Source of the DNA: Octopus sinensis
Taxonomy: Eukaryota
Direction of reading: 5' to 3'
DNA length: 64,000 nt
Assembly (NCBI RefSeq): GCF_006345805.1
Contig: NW_021834307.1
Span: 1-64,000 of the forward strand
Numbering within the stretch: the stretch's first letter is position 1; every line of letters begins with the position of its first letter. The notes under the pieces were generated by a model, which had not been told where the DNA came from, did no database searches, and saw nothing but the letters and a program-made list of their open reading frames with translations. The position numbers and the translations under genes were made by a program. Shown here piece by piece: positions 13,856 to 27,102 of the stretch.

Positions 13856-14143
13856 AAAGGGAAAGTGAAGATAGAGATTTTTGTCGTAATATGTCAAACA
13901 TTAACTTCCTGTGAAATTCTTTTTAATTTCATTCATCTTATTTATAATCTCAATTATCATTCTGCTCCTCCCTCTTCTCCCCTCTCCCCCTCTTCTCCCC
14001 TCTTCTCCCTTCTCCCCCCTCTCCCCCTCTCCGCATCGTCGTCTGGCTGGATCAATGGCCACACTTTCGTAGGCAAATTTTTATGCACCATCCTGACATA
14101 TAGATTCTTTACAGACGACCTGAAAGTATGTGTGTGTGTGTGA

Positions 14144-14174
<31 letters not shown>

Positions 14175-14529
14175 CGCACGTGTGTTTGTGTGTGTGCGTA
14201 TGTGTGTGCCTACGTGTATCACATAAATGGGTGACACGAAGAGACTTGACTTGGTTCGGATATTTTCAAGGAATGCAGCAGAGAATATTGGCCAAAACTG
14301 ATGTTCCACCTGGATGTAAAACGAGGGAAAAACTGGAAAACTTACACGTTAGCCATAGCAATACTTCTTTTAGAGTCTTGAGTTTTTCTCTGGAGTCTGT
14401 CTAGGAACGCTCCAACGTATCGCGCGATGGATGACAATAAATGGTGCGACTGCATTTATAGCAAGAAATATGTAAACCAGTGGGGATATTAGAACAGGAT
14501 AAAACTAAATATGGTCCTCAGTGCCTCTG

Positions 14530-15230
14530 GAGACGGCTTACGATGTGTTTGCTGTCCCAGTAGTTATACCAACATTAAGGCTGTTCGATTTGGCCCTGGA
14601 ATCTGGAAACTCCAAAACTATTAACCAAAAATCCAAATTTCCATATAAACAGTGATAATGATCCTTTCTACCCAAAATGAAAAGAAGGAGATTCTTAACG
14701 AGGATCCCGTCATAGTTTGGATGTTGCATCATTTGCTTGTGGTATCATCTATTAACTGCAAATACGGATCAAGTCTGTATACATAAAGCATATCATGGGA
14801 GTTGGAAAGGGGTTTCTAGAAAGGTTCCTGAAAGCATGATCAAGGGTATATACCCAGGGTGGAGGGGCAGCTCTACTACAAGATGGAAGGTTGCATAATA
14901 TCAACAAAATGTTAGGTCTGGCTATATTGATAGAAAGCTTGAAAATCATAGCAGCATAAATGGGGAAAGTTTTAATATTTCCGAAGCCAACAACAGGAAC
15001 ATCAACTTTCGTTTTGAAAGATGCGTTTCTGTGTTTTAAGAAGATGAAATAACAGCAAAGCTCCTGAAATTCAAATGGGTTTGTAATGTGCAGACACTGT
15101 AGCATCAACACTGAAGATGCCACCTACAATGTAAACTGCTGTCCAGGAGGAGTTCCAAAACGATATTATGTGCCAAAAGAGGCATGATGTTGTAGCCAGA
15201 ACATTGTGCAAGGCAATCTGCTGAGAAGAT
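14530..15230 (+). pseudogene. R4/Dong-like RLE LINE fragment (RT thumb to CCHC-type zinc knuckle)
   Basis: AYDVFAVPVVIPT (thumb), then CRHCSINTEDATYNVNCCP...RHDVVARTLCKAI, i.e. zinc knuckle plus RHD motif; contains stops and frameshifts. Confidence 0.7.
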
Positions 15231-15368
15231 GGTTGTGAAGAGTAAAATGTAAGACGCTGGGGTTATGTGGACGGAATTCAAACCTTTTGTACGAATTCAA
15301 ACTTTTTGTACTATAATGAAATAGTCATGCCGAAATCTCTTGAACATTATATATAAGGATCCGACATA

Positions 15369-15670
15369 ATGTTGCGGGACAACGAAAGAATGTTATTCAA
15401 CAGAGCAAAGCTAATAAAAGGAAAGATAAGCTTCTGTGTTGATCATCGAATGAGAAATTTGAAAATAAAATACCCAATACTTGTGGGAACCAACGAACAT
15501 GGTTCTGGACCTAACTACAAGAATATAATCTCACACAATGCATTAGCAGTGCCAAAAATGGTACCAACATTTGGAATAATTGACAGGTTTATAGAGGAAA
15601 TCCAATCCATAGATATTAAACTCCGCAAAATGTTGACATCAAATAGAAGCTTCTACAGAAAGAGTGAACT
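15369..15670 (+). pseudogene. Second R4/Dong-like LINE fragment (RT end/thumb)
   Basis: KNIISHNALAVPKMVPTFGIIDRFIEEIQSIDIKLRKMLTSNRSFYRKS matches the RLE-clade post-RT segment (A.P...TFG..DW...E...ID.K.RK.L). Confidence 0.65.
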
Positions 15671-16194
15671 CAAAGTTTCTGTCTCTGAAGAAAAGAATGG
15701 CGGAAAAGTTTTTCTCGAATTTTTGTTAGAATTTTTTACAGCTTGTTTAAAGCAGTTAAGCTCCTAAATTCATAACCGTTTGGAGATGGTTTCATCCGGT
15801 GCCGCAGTTTTTCTTTGTCTATTTCCACTTTGTTCATTTTGGGTTTTTTCTTGTTTTTTTTTACACTTCTGCGCATTTTCTTGTCCTCGTTTTATCATGG
15901 CATCCTGTAAACTCCTCTGAAGACAGTCTTTATTCATGTCAGAAATTCTGCTATTCCACTATTTTCTTTATTTCAGTCTGTTTTGTGTTTCTTGCTTATT
16001 TTGAAGACGGAAAGCATCATTTTTTTTTCGTGTTTTAAACTTATTTCTGTTAGTTTTCTTTTTTTTTTAATCAGCTATTTTTTGTAATCCGTGGGTATCT
16101 TATAACAATCATCTTCTTGTGCAAAACCCCTCCTCTTCTATTCAGGGTAAATATGATACTTTGCATGTGAGATTTTAGGGGGTGTATTCTAAGT

Positions 16195-16590
16195 GTAGCT
16201 GTGTGATAAGTAGCTTGCTTACGAACCACATGGTTCCGGGTTCAGTTCCAGTGGCACCTTGGGCAAGTGTCTTCTACTATAGCCTCGGGCTGATCAAAGC
16301 CTTGTGAGTGGATTTGGTAGATGGAAACTGAAAGAAGCCTGTCGTATATATGTATATATATATATGTGCGTTGTTGTGTGTATATGTTTGGTGTGTCTGT
16401 GTTTGTCCCCCCAACATCGCTTGACAACCGATGCTGGTGTGTTTACGTCCCCGTCACCTAGCGGTTCGGCAAAAGAGACCGATAGAATAAATACTGGGCT
16501 TATAAAGAATAAGTCCTGGGGCTATTTGCTCGACTAAAGGCGGTGCTCCAGCATGGCCACAGTCAAACGACAGAAACAAGTAACAGAGTT
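16195..16590 (+). mobile_element. Composite tRNA-derived SINE, type A (internal (TA)/(TG) tract)
   Basis: A/B-box-like head, ccttgggcaagtgtcttctactatagcc, gccttgtgagtggatttggtaga.ggaaactgaaagaagcc, and 3' ggcggtgctccagcatggcc; multiple copies in the window. Confidence 0.9.
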
Positions 16591-16856
16591 CATATACCAG
16601 CTCCTTCATGATACTATGCTTACAAATTTTGGTTGTTCAGTTGAAGTATTGTTGGCATTCAGTTTAGAATTTACATTTACCTCTGTTATTTTAACCAAAC
16701 GCCCTTACAATATTCTTTTCTAATTTTTTCTTTCATTTGTCTGTCACAATCTTGTCTGGTTCAGCGATTCTTAAATATCTTAAAGATTGTGTTTGATCTA
16801 ATTCACTTATCTCTCTTTTTATGTATGATATTAACATTTCTAATTCAATTACCCTT

Positions 16857-16945
<89 letters not shown>

Positions 16946-17502
16946 CAATTACATTCAGGCATCCATCACAAATACATGCAGATTTTATTTTTCATTCATA
17001 TTTTAAAATATTATCCTTCAAGCACTCATATGCTGAAATCGACAAGTGTCCATCATCATCATCACCATCACCGTCATCATCATCATCGTCGTCATCGTCG
17101 TCATCATCATCATCATCATCATTATTATTATTGTGGCAAGGGCGGCCCATGTAAACGGACCTACTCTGATCATATGCTTGCAAGGTGGAGGGGTTGAGAA
17201 GGAGTGAGGTGCCTACCTGACGTACTCTTGGCTGTCGGAGTGACCAGGATGTGTGGTTCTCCTTGGTTGGCCCAGGGTGGAACTCCTCCTATAGGGAAAT
17301 TTTATTGTTAAATTTTTGTTGTTATTGTTTTTTTTTTCTCCACACGAATTTCTTTCCAAAGCCCCACTTGTCCCTTTTTATTTTGTGTTCAACACCTCAC
17401 TTGTCCCTTCTGTTGTATTGTCACTTTTTGTTTTGTGTTCAGCCCTTGTGGCCAATAAAGAAACCATCGTTATTATTATCATTGTTGTTGCTATTGTTGT
17501 TA

Positions 17503-17896
17503 AGGCGACGAGCTGGCAGAATCGTTAGCACACCGGGCGAAATGCGTAGCCGTATTTTGCCTGCCGATACGTTCTGAGTTCAAATTCCGTCGAGGTCGAC
17601 TTTGCTTTCATCCTTTCGAGGTCGATAAATTAAGTACCAGTTACACACTGGGGTCGATATAATTGACTTAATCCATCTGCTGTCCTTGTTTGTCCTCTCT
17701 GTGTTTAGCCCCTTGTGGGTAGTAAAGAAATAGGTATTTCGCCCGACATTACGATCTGAGTTCAAATTCCGCAGAGGTCGACTTTACCTTTCATCAACTC
17801 GGGGGGCGATGGAATAAGTACTAGTTGAGCACTTGGGTCGTTGTGATCGACTTACCTCTAGCCATGAAAGCTGGCCTTGTGCCAAAATTTGAAACC
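17503..17896 (+). mobile_element. Tandem pair of tRNA-derived SINEs, type B (second copy 5'-truncated)
   Basis: aaggcgacgagctggcagaa...tgagttcaaattcc...ttcatcctttcgaggtcgataa; the core is repeated at ~17755-17896. Confidence 0.85.
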
Positions 17897-18294
17897 GTAT
17901 AGGAGTGGGTTACTCTTGCGTTTGTTTTAAATGTATCATTTTTTTAAAAAAGTTATTACGCTTTTATCTCCACATCTCTCCACCTTATGTGCTTAAGTTA
18001 TATCAAATGTTCAACACTTCCTTAGATATATTGAGTACTATCTTTGTCTTCTTGCTTTTTATATTGTAGTGCATCCGCACATTTTTCGTTTACTTTTTTT
18101 TTTGTCTTTTGCAAAACCTGCGAATAACATTTTTATTGTATGAAAGCGCTCTGCTTTGAAGAAAACATAATTGTTGCAGAGTAGATAGACATCTTGGGAC
18201 TCAGAATCTGGTGGAGTTGAGTTGGCCCTTTTCATTCGAGGTCCTTAAAATATATACTAGTTACATAGCAGGGGGGTCGAACCCAAACGAGCTC

Positions 18295-18351
<57 letters not shown>

Positions 18352-18715
18352 ATGTATATTTTGTTGGGGCTTTGACTTAATTTAATCATCGCTGTTGCTG
18401 TTATTGTTTGGGTATGTTGTTGTTGTTGTTGTCGGTGCTTTTGGCGTCATGGTGATTTCGTCGGCATTTTCTGTAAGTAATATTTTGAAATAACATGTTC
18501 CTTGAAATGTGAGTCACATCTCAAGAGATAAAGTCAATTAGAAAACCGTGTTTGGTGACAAGATTTTGGCCGGATTTACAACTTTCTCTACACTTTTCTG
18601 GTCACTGATCTTGTCTCAGAATAACGAGAGAAGAAGGAAAACGATATATTATTATTCTTCTCTGTTGCTTTTTCGGCTGTTACTTTCAATATTATCTCAA
18701 GAAAATCTAATACAA

Positions 18716-18786
<71 letters not shown>

Positions 18787-19866
18787 TAATAATAATAACA
18801 CAGCAATAACAGCAACAAAACTGTCCAAATAAGAAAATATTTCAACCGACGATGAAATATGGTGGTTGAAATTCGGAAAACAATGTTCTCTTTTGAAGGA
18901 TTCTGATGCGGTTGTAATCCCCGGCTTATCTCGTTGTAAGAACACTCCCTCCCCCTCTAACATACACGGCTACCCCCAGCAGTTGATTAATGTAGCACTT
19001 AATACAAACATTTCACTTTATCAACAGAAATAATAAAATAATATTTACGCTTGTTATTAATAATAAATCTAGCCACGCGCCTAATTCCAGGCATGCATTG
19101 TATCCCGTGTCCACCTTGTGTGTCATCCAGTCACAATTTCTCTGACAGCCGACATATTGTCTTGTTCGAACCAATTCAATTCAATATCAGTGACCTTCTG
19201 ATTATTTTCATCGATCTCTCATGGGTTGAACTGGTCTTATCTTTACTGACCAGATAACTTCAATTTCTGGGGGATTTTTTTCTCCTTAAGGTTTTGAAAT
19301 ATTCCTCTTTCTTTTTCTGTTCTCTTTTTTTCATTCTTTTAGTGATTTCAGTCACTGCTTTTTTGGCCTTGTTGGGGCCCTAGATTCAATAGATCTTATC
19401 GCATATGTCAGCTCCTCTATTCTGTTGTCTTGTAGATATATTTTATCGTTCTCGTAAGATATGGAATGTTGACGGGGCATTGGTGCAAGAAGGATTGTCA
19501 ATCAATCGGATATTAATATCGCAGGGTATTTCTGTTCCAATGCACCGGTTTACATCATTCGCTTTTATTAGCACGCATGCTATTCATGTAGGCGATGGCG
19601 GGATTTGAACTTAGAATTAAAGAGTCGGAACAACACTGCACAAGACTGGTTCTTATTTTCGCAACACCAAGAGGATGAAAGGCAAAAGTCGATGCCGGTA
19701 GGATTTGAAATCGGAATGTAAGGAAAGGGAAAATGCACTGTAAGATGTTTCGTGAACTTTGAAATGAATTAATTTGCAACTTAAACTTTTTAAGAAGGAA
19801 AAAATAATGACATGCAAATTCCTTCCTCCTTGTAATTAATTTATGGTTTCATAGAAATTTATTGTG

Positions 19867-19947
<81 letters not shown>

Positions 19948-20691
19948 TGTGGATTCGTGTACATTCTTGGGACAATTTGTGTAGCGTATTTTCTTCAATA
20001 AATTTTTTAAATACCCATTTTAATCATCTATATTTTTTTTTAATTAACTAAATTTTTTCTCGCAATACTTTAAACAAAAGCAAATAAAACTAGCTCTTTG
20101 TACCTCACCGATATATTATAATAAACTCCCTCATATTCGGTACTCAAATAGCTGGAACTCTCACACATCTGGCACCAAGAAAGAAGAAAAGAGAAAATAC
20201 GTGGCTAATTACAGACAAGTGAATTTGTGCTAATTTGTGTTAATTATTCAATTGTCTTTAAGAGAATTTTTCTATCTAACATGAATTGTTTCTTCTCAAA
20301 GTACAGCAAAGTATTTTATTTAAACTCGTTCTTCAACTATTTTTTTTCTTCCTATTTGTCTTATATTCAGAGTATTAATAATAATATTTGTGTATATATA
20401 TTGAATTTTAATGAGGTCTGTAAGGTGCAGTGCTCGTTTGAAAAGGGAAGACCAAATATCCAGAAATTTCAGTTATCTGGCAACACTCCGGTTCCAGTGG
20501 TGCCTGATAAGAGGGAATTTGTTATAGGTAGCTGAGGTCGTCAATGAGCCAGAAGGATGATAATCCGTTCGAAACTGTCAACTACTCTGAATAACATCTT
20601 TAAATGAAACAGATGTTATGACTATACATATACGCATGCAGGCAAAAATGCAGGCATACATACATACATACATACATACATACATACATAA

Positions 20692-20724
<33 letters not shown>

Positions 20725-20874
20725 AATATATATATATGTGTATATATATATATATATTAATATATATATATGTATATATATATAATATTAATTAGAAACA
20801 AAACCACTATTTTGCAAATCAAACAAGGAAAGACTTAATCAATACATAAAAAAAATTTTTATATAAAGTAAATA

Positions 20875-20926
20875 AATCACCACTACAATTGTTTCTGTCT
20901 TCAAATGACATTCATCAGGTGGATTT
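20875..20926 (-). ncRNA. Minimal type I hammerhead ribozyme in a PLE-type terminal fragment
   Basis: aaauccac CUGAUGA A UGUC auuugaa GACA GAAA CAAUUG UA gugg. Canonical core, palindromic stem III ACAAUUGU, GUA triplet, stem I ccac/gugg. Confidence 0.75.
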
Positions 20927-21023
20927 CATATCTCTATTTAATATTATATAATATTTTACTATAAAATTATATTCAATCCTAAATCTGATTTTTCCCTGTA
21001 AATTTGGATTTATTCCCTAATAT

Positions 21024-21074
<51 letters not shown>

Positions 21075-21144
21075 CACATACATACATACATACATACATA
21101 CATACACATATACATATATATATGAGTTTGCGTTTATGTCTGTC

Positions 21145-21625
21145 ATTCTATCGTTTTACTTGCTCCAATGAGTGGACTGCGGCCACGCTGGAGTATCATT
21201 TTGAAAGATTTAGTCCAACAAATCGATCTCAGTACTTATGTTTTAAGTCTGGTTCTTATTTTATCCGTCTCTTATGCCGAACCGCTTAGTTTCGGAGATG
21301 TAAACAAAACACCCGTTGTCAAGCAGTGGTGGGAGGCAAACACATACACAAACACTTATATATACACATATGTATACATATATTTGTAGATACATATATA
21401 TGTTGGTATATATGTACACATGTATTGTATGTATGTATGTATGTATGTATGTATGTATGTATGTATTTTTGTATACGACGTGTTTCCGTCTAACAAATTT
21501 ACTCACAAGGCGCTAGTCGGTCCGGGTTACAATAAAAGACACTTGTCCAAGATGCCACGCAATGGGAACGAACCCAAGACCACAAGTCAGAGAATCGAGC
21601 TTCTCGGCCACGCAGCCACGTCTGA
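21145..21625 (-). mobile_element. SINE type A
   Basis: Reverse-complement homology to 16195-16590, with an internal microsatellite. Confidence 0.8.
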
Positions 21626-21751
21626 GCCAATAACGAAGAGGAGGAAGACGATCATAATTCGTTTCACTTGAGTCAATCTGTTTCTCCTTTCAGTTTACCA
21701 GATATCAAAGCCGCTACATACATAGATATAAAAATACAGAAATACGCACGA

Positions 21752-21825
<74 letters not shown>

Positions 21826-22042
21826 CACGCATACCTTCAGCTCGCTACTTCACCAAAACAGTACAGAAAGGAAACCCAAACAGCAAACTGATAGGTGGTG
21901 TTCCAGCATGGCCCTAGGCTTCGGCTGGAATCAGTTGGAAGATAAAACATGTGTGTGTGTGTGTATATATGACTGTATATATGTGTGTGTACGTGTATGT
22001 CTAAATATTCTTATATACACATAGGTATAAATAAATAAATAA

Positions 22043-22073
<31 letters not shown>

Positions 22074-22139
22074 ATGGCGGTGCCCCAGCATGGCCACAGC
22101 TCGTGAGCTGAAACTAGATAAAATAAAATAAAAAATATA

Positions 22140-23394
22140 TTGGTTTGGCAACTAAGTTCCCACCGTTTTTTTAAATTTTAATTTTTTAAAAGGTTTATTA
22201 AAAAATAACAACTAATTAATCAATAATGTATTCACCCTTGTTGTTTACACTTTCTTCCCAATGTTCAACAAGATTTTCAATACCTCGATGGTAGAAATCA
22301 ACCGATTTCGAGTCGAAAAATTAATCCAACCAAGCTCTCAATTCGGCATCAGTACTGAACGAAACTACGCGCATAGCATCTGAAAGAGATCAAAAGAGGT
22401 GGAAATCCGTTGGTGCCAAATCAGGAGAGTACAGTGGGTGTAGTAGCACTTCCCAGCCATGCGTTTGAATGGCTTCCTTGGTCATATTGGCGATATGAGG
22501 GCTGGCGTTGTTGTGCAGCAGAAGAACTCCATGCTGACGATTAAGTCTTTTCTCTAGAATAGCCGTGTTGAGTCGTTCCATCAGTTGAACGTAGAGTTCC
22601 GCGTTGACCGTTTAGTTCCGTTCAAGCAATTCGTAATAGATAATCGCTTCCCAGTCCCACTATACGCACAACATCGTTTTACGCAGATGAAGATCTTGTT
22701 TCAAGCGCGATGTCGCTCGTTTACCGGGGCTAAGCCATACCTTACGCTGCTTCATATATATATACAGACACCATTTTTCGTCGCCAGTAACGATTCGGTA
22801 AAGAAATCGTTACTTGTGTCCATGAGTTGAGCGATGACGAGCAAGCAACCCAGCGAAGATTGTGGCTCGTTGATTTTTGCTGTTGTCACTTAAAACATGC
22901 GGAACCCATGCTCCAAACTTCTGAACCTTTCCCATCGAGTGAAGATGCTTCTCTATAGCAGTGTGGGAGCATTCCATTTTCTCTGCCAGTTCCCCTGTCG
23001 TTTGACGCGAATTTTCGTGCAAAATTTGCTTTAATCGCTCTTCATCGAACTCAACTGGACAGCCAGAACAACGTGCAACATTGTGGTCAAAATTTCCATT
23101 TTTGAACTTGGCATACCAATCACGAGCGGTTCTTTCAGCTATGGCACCCTCTCTATACACAGCACAAATGTCGGGAGCAGCTTTTGCGGTCTTAGATCCT
23201 TGATTAAAAACAAAAAAAAAAGGAGGTGTCGAAAATGCTCGTTTTTCTTAACTTGACATTCCATTTTAATGATCTGAAAATAAACAAAATTTAATTAAAA
23301 TTAACCAGAAAAAAAAACAAAATAGATCCCAAAATTCAAAAACGCAATAAATTACAAAATTTAAAAAACGGCGGGAACTTCGTTGCCAACACAA
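22140..23394 (-). mobile_element. Full-length mariner (DD34D) transposon, inactive
   Basis: TIRs ttggtttggcaactaagttcccaccgtttttt / aaaaaacggcgggaacttcgttgccaacacaa with TA target duplication on both sides; 1255 bp. Confidence 0.95.
22216..23264 (-). pseudogene. Mariner transposase pseudogene
   Basis: MECQVKKNEHFRH..., WVPHVL, IVTGDEKW, HNNASPH (second catalytic D to N), YSPDLAPTDFHLF with 34-residue spacing; frameshifts and stops. Confidence 0.92.
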
Positions 23395-23927
23395 TATATA
23401 ATGTATATATATACATATGCATACATACATACATTTTTATATTTACGTATATATATATATATATATATACATACTTACTTAATAATTTCTATTTGACCCG
23501 TTCTAAGGAGGTACAAACCCATCAATGATTCTTAGACTTTAATCAAATGCAGCGATGATGTCAAGCAGTGGGCGCTCTTTATGCAGCGTGATATTTCACC
23601 CAGTGGGTCTTCCATACTGACAAATAAACTGACATTCGCTAAACGAGCCATTTTTCTTCCGAGAAACCTCCTACAACACTTTTCATTATTTCAAACAAAC
23701 CCCAATATTTTATGCAGGTTCTTCTTCTTCTTCTTCTTCTTCTTCTTCTTCTTCTCTTCTTCTTCTTCTTCTTCTTCTTCTTCTCTTCTTCTTCTTCTTC
23801 TTCTTCTTCTCTCCTTCCTCTTACCATTACTCTTTGCCAACATCTATAATTGTTAGTTTCTCTTTACAATGATGTTGGTGTTGCTCTTGTAGTAGTAGTA
23901 GTAGTAATAGTAGTAGTAGTAGTATAA

Positions 23928-24006
<79 letters not shown>

Positions 24007-24080
24007 TATTGCTGTTGTTTGTAAATGCTGTGCTGTGCACTGTTCGCAGTGTGCTGTTCTTATTGCTAATGATGATGGCG

Positions 24081-24122
<42 letters not shown>

Positions 24123-24574
24123 GTCGTCGTCGTCGTCGTCTTCCTGCCGCTGCAGTGCGTGTTATTGCTGTTGTAGGTTTTGATGCCAGTTGCCACAGTC
24201 GGTGTTATGTTATTACTTATTATCAGCTTACCGCTGATTAAACAGACCTACGTTCAAAGACCTTCCAGCGGTGACCATCCAGGCGCTGTCTTGTATGCAG
24301 AAAACACACAGCTGTATTGATCACCGTATCCTTTTCAAAAGTGATAAGGTGTGATGCGAGGAAGATTTTGCAGCTATTTTTAGCAAGTCTAGCAATAGTA
24401 TAGATGCGTTCCTTCTCCAACACGTTGGTTCATGTGATTCTTTGCTGTGTCTGGCGTTGTTATTGTTGTTGTAGTTATTTCTATGTCACTATTACCCTAG
24501 TAAGCGCATCCCCTCTCGTTGCAAACGAGAGAGAAAGCGCTTGTACTAAAATATATGCATAGCCATGTAAATAT

Positions 24575-24712
<138 letters not shown>

Positions 24713-25504
24713 AAGAGAGAGAGAGACGGTAATGGTTTTTTTCTTTTTTGCCACTATACCATGACTGTTCTATAAAGAACGATGTTACTACATTTTGATG
24801 GCAGGAAAACGTCTTTCCAGCTGGTTAACGAGACACAAACTGTGTCCGATATATTGTAAGGGAGCGAATCACTACCCTCTAGCTTGGCAAGGCCAGTAGA
24901 CCATGGTTTCTGGGTTTTTACTCTTCATCGGTACTGGATACTTACCTGTTAGAAATGGCAGTCAAATCGTCCCTACTCACAATATATAAACAGAAAAGTG
25001 GCAGACAGTTACTGATCTTGTAATGTGCAAAATAGCTGGTTCTAAAATCTCTAAACGAGATATAAGTAGTAACAATACTAGACGTTAACGCTTTTTTTTT
25101 GCCCCTATAACATGGCTGTTCTATTAAAAAACTATGTTACTACATGTTGACCCAAGAAACTGTAGATACATGTTTCTTTCAAGAACAGCAATAGGTTAGT
25201 AGGTAGGTAGGTAGGTAGGTAGGTCTGTCTATGATTGTATGTATGTGCATAGTAAATACAAGAATAGACGTGATGATTGATATTTATTCCTTCATTACGA
25301 TCGTTTCAATAACACATGGGTCAAGCACATTATGAAAATAAATGATTGTGTAATATTACAAGATATTACATGTGATCGATATCCATCACGTTAGACAAAT
25401 GCCAATAGGAATACCCTAACCCTTCTGTGCACCCGTTCGCTGGTGTTAGCACGAGTGCTGGCAATGGAATTACACACACACACACACACGCACATATATA
25501 TATA

Positions 25505-25799
25505 TCACGTGATCACGTGACCGACCAGACCATCAGATGTTGTTACACATCGCTGGTCACAATGCGTTCGCATTGTTTTAGCCTTCGAATGACGCCACCC
25601 CGCTGGCTAAGCGAGCAGGCCAACAGAAGAGAGAGCGGTGAAAGAGTACAGCAGGGATCACCACACCCTGCCGGAGCCTCGCGGAGCTTTTAGGTGTTTT
25701 CGCTCAATAAACACTCACAACGCCCGGTCTGGGAATCGAAACCGCGATCCTGCGACCGCGAGTCCGCTGCCCTAACCACTAGACCATTGCGCCTCCACA
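25505..25799 (-). mobile_element. tRNA-derived SINE, type D (well preserved)
   Basis: Minus strand: A box tggtctagtgg, B box ggtttcgattccc, and a 3' end gtcacgtgatcacgtga running into (TA)n. Confidence 0.85.
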
Positions 25800-25824
25800 A
25801 ACACACACACACATATATATATAT

Positions 25825-25925
<101 letters not shown>

Positions 25926-26044
25926 CAATAAATTCAGGGTGAATACCTGATAAATGTAAGCACCTGTATATGCCAGTTAGTAGCATAGGTGATATGATAT
26001 AGGTATCAAATGAAATAAATGAAAAACAGGACGCAAAGGATGTT

Positions 26045-26137
26045 GCGGTACATATGTTTCGAGCTTTATAGAACAACTTATTCTTACATCAATGCATAAT
26101 CGATATAACAGATAGATCAAAAGCCTTCTTCAGCCGC
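26045..26137 (-). ncRNA. Type I hammerhead ribozyme motif with long loop II
   Basis: GCGG CUGAAGA A GGCUUU-[~50 nt]-AAAGCUC GAAA CAUAUG UA CCGC. Stem I is 4 G-C pairs, the core is canonical, stem III ACAUAUGU is palindromic. Confidence 0.7.
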
Positions 26138-27054
26138 GTGCAATTGCTACACCAAAGACTTGTATCACATTATAAAAGGTTTGAGAAAAAACATTTAGTA
26201 TTGTTTGTAATGGTAGGTAAACCGAGTATCATTGGGAAAGTAAGTTTGTAAATCTTCATAGGCGTACATGGTATTATTAGACTCCAAAACAAATCGTCAA
26301 TACCGTTTGTTCACTCCGAGTGAAAAGACGGTATATAGAAATTCTATATGACTTTAGTAGTTCATACGATGGTCGTTTGATCCCTGTCCATCCTCCAGTT
26401 AAATTCTCCACTCGCATTTTGTACTGAGTTCTACATAAGAAAGCGGTCAACTCCGATTGAACCAATTTTAGAAGTGTAGACCTCACATATATGAGTATAT
26501 ATATAAATATATACATACATATATTCATACACACACTCACATGCACGCACATACACACACACACAAACACATATATATACACACTCACACACAAATATAT
26601 CCATACTTATATATATGTATATGATATACATCATATATGTATATAGATATAATATATTATATATATATAATATATATATATACTATAATATACATTCATA
26701 TATGTATGTATATATATACACACACGTGTGCATTAGCATATATATATGTATATATATACATATATATATGTATATATATATACATATATGTATATGAACG
26801 TATACTATACGTTTGTAATTTTCTATACTTCTCCTAGTCATACACACACACACACATATAATATACATACACAATACATGTAAACATGCATGTATATATA
26901 TACATGTATGTGTGTATGTATATGTTTCCTCATATACACGTACATACACACATATCTACAGACACACACACACATATTTACTGGTGGGTTTTCTTGTTTT
27001 TATCGATATATTTTTTAGTGATTATATGTACCTGCATTTGTATGTATGTTTGTG

Positions 27055-27102
<48 letters not shown>

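Noticed and set aside
19436-19525. Possible 90-nt phase 1-1 exon (IFYRSRKIWNVDGALVQEGLSINRILISQ)
   Set aside because: Weak donor (GTATTT) and no recognisable peptide; expected by chance in 64 kb.
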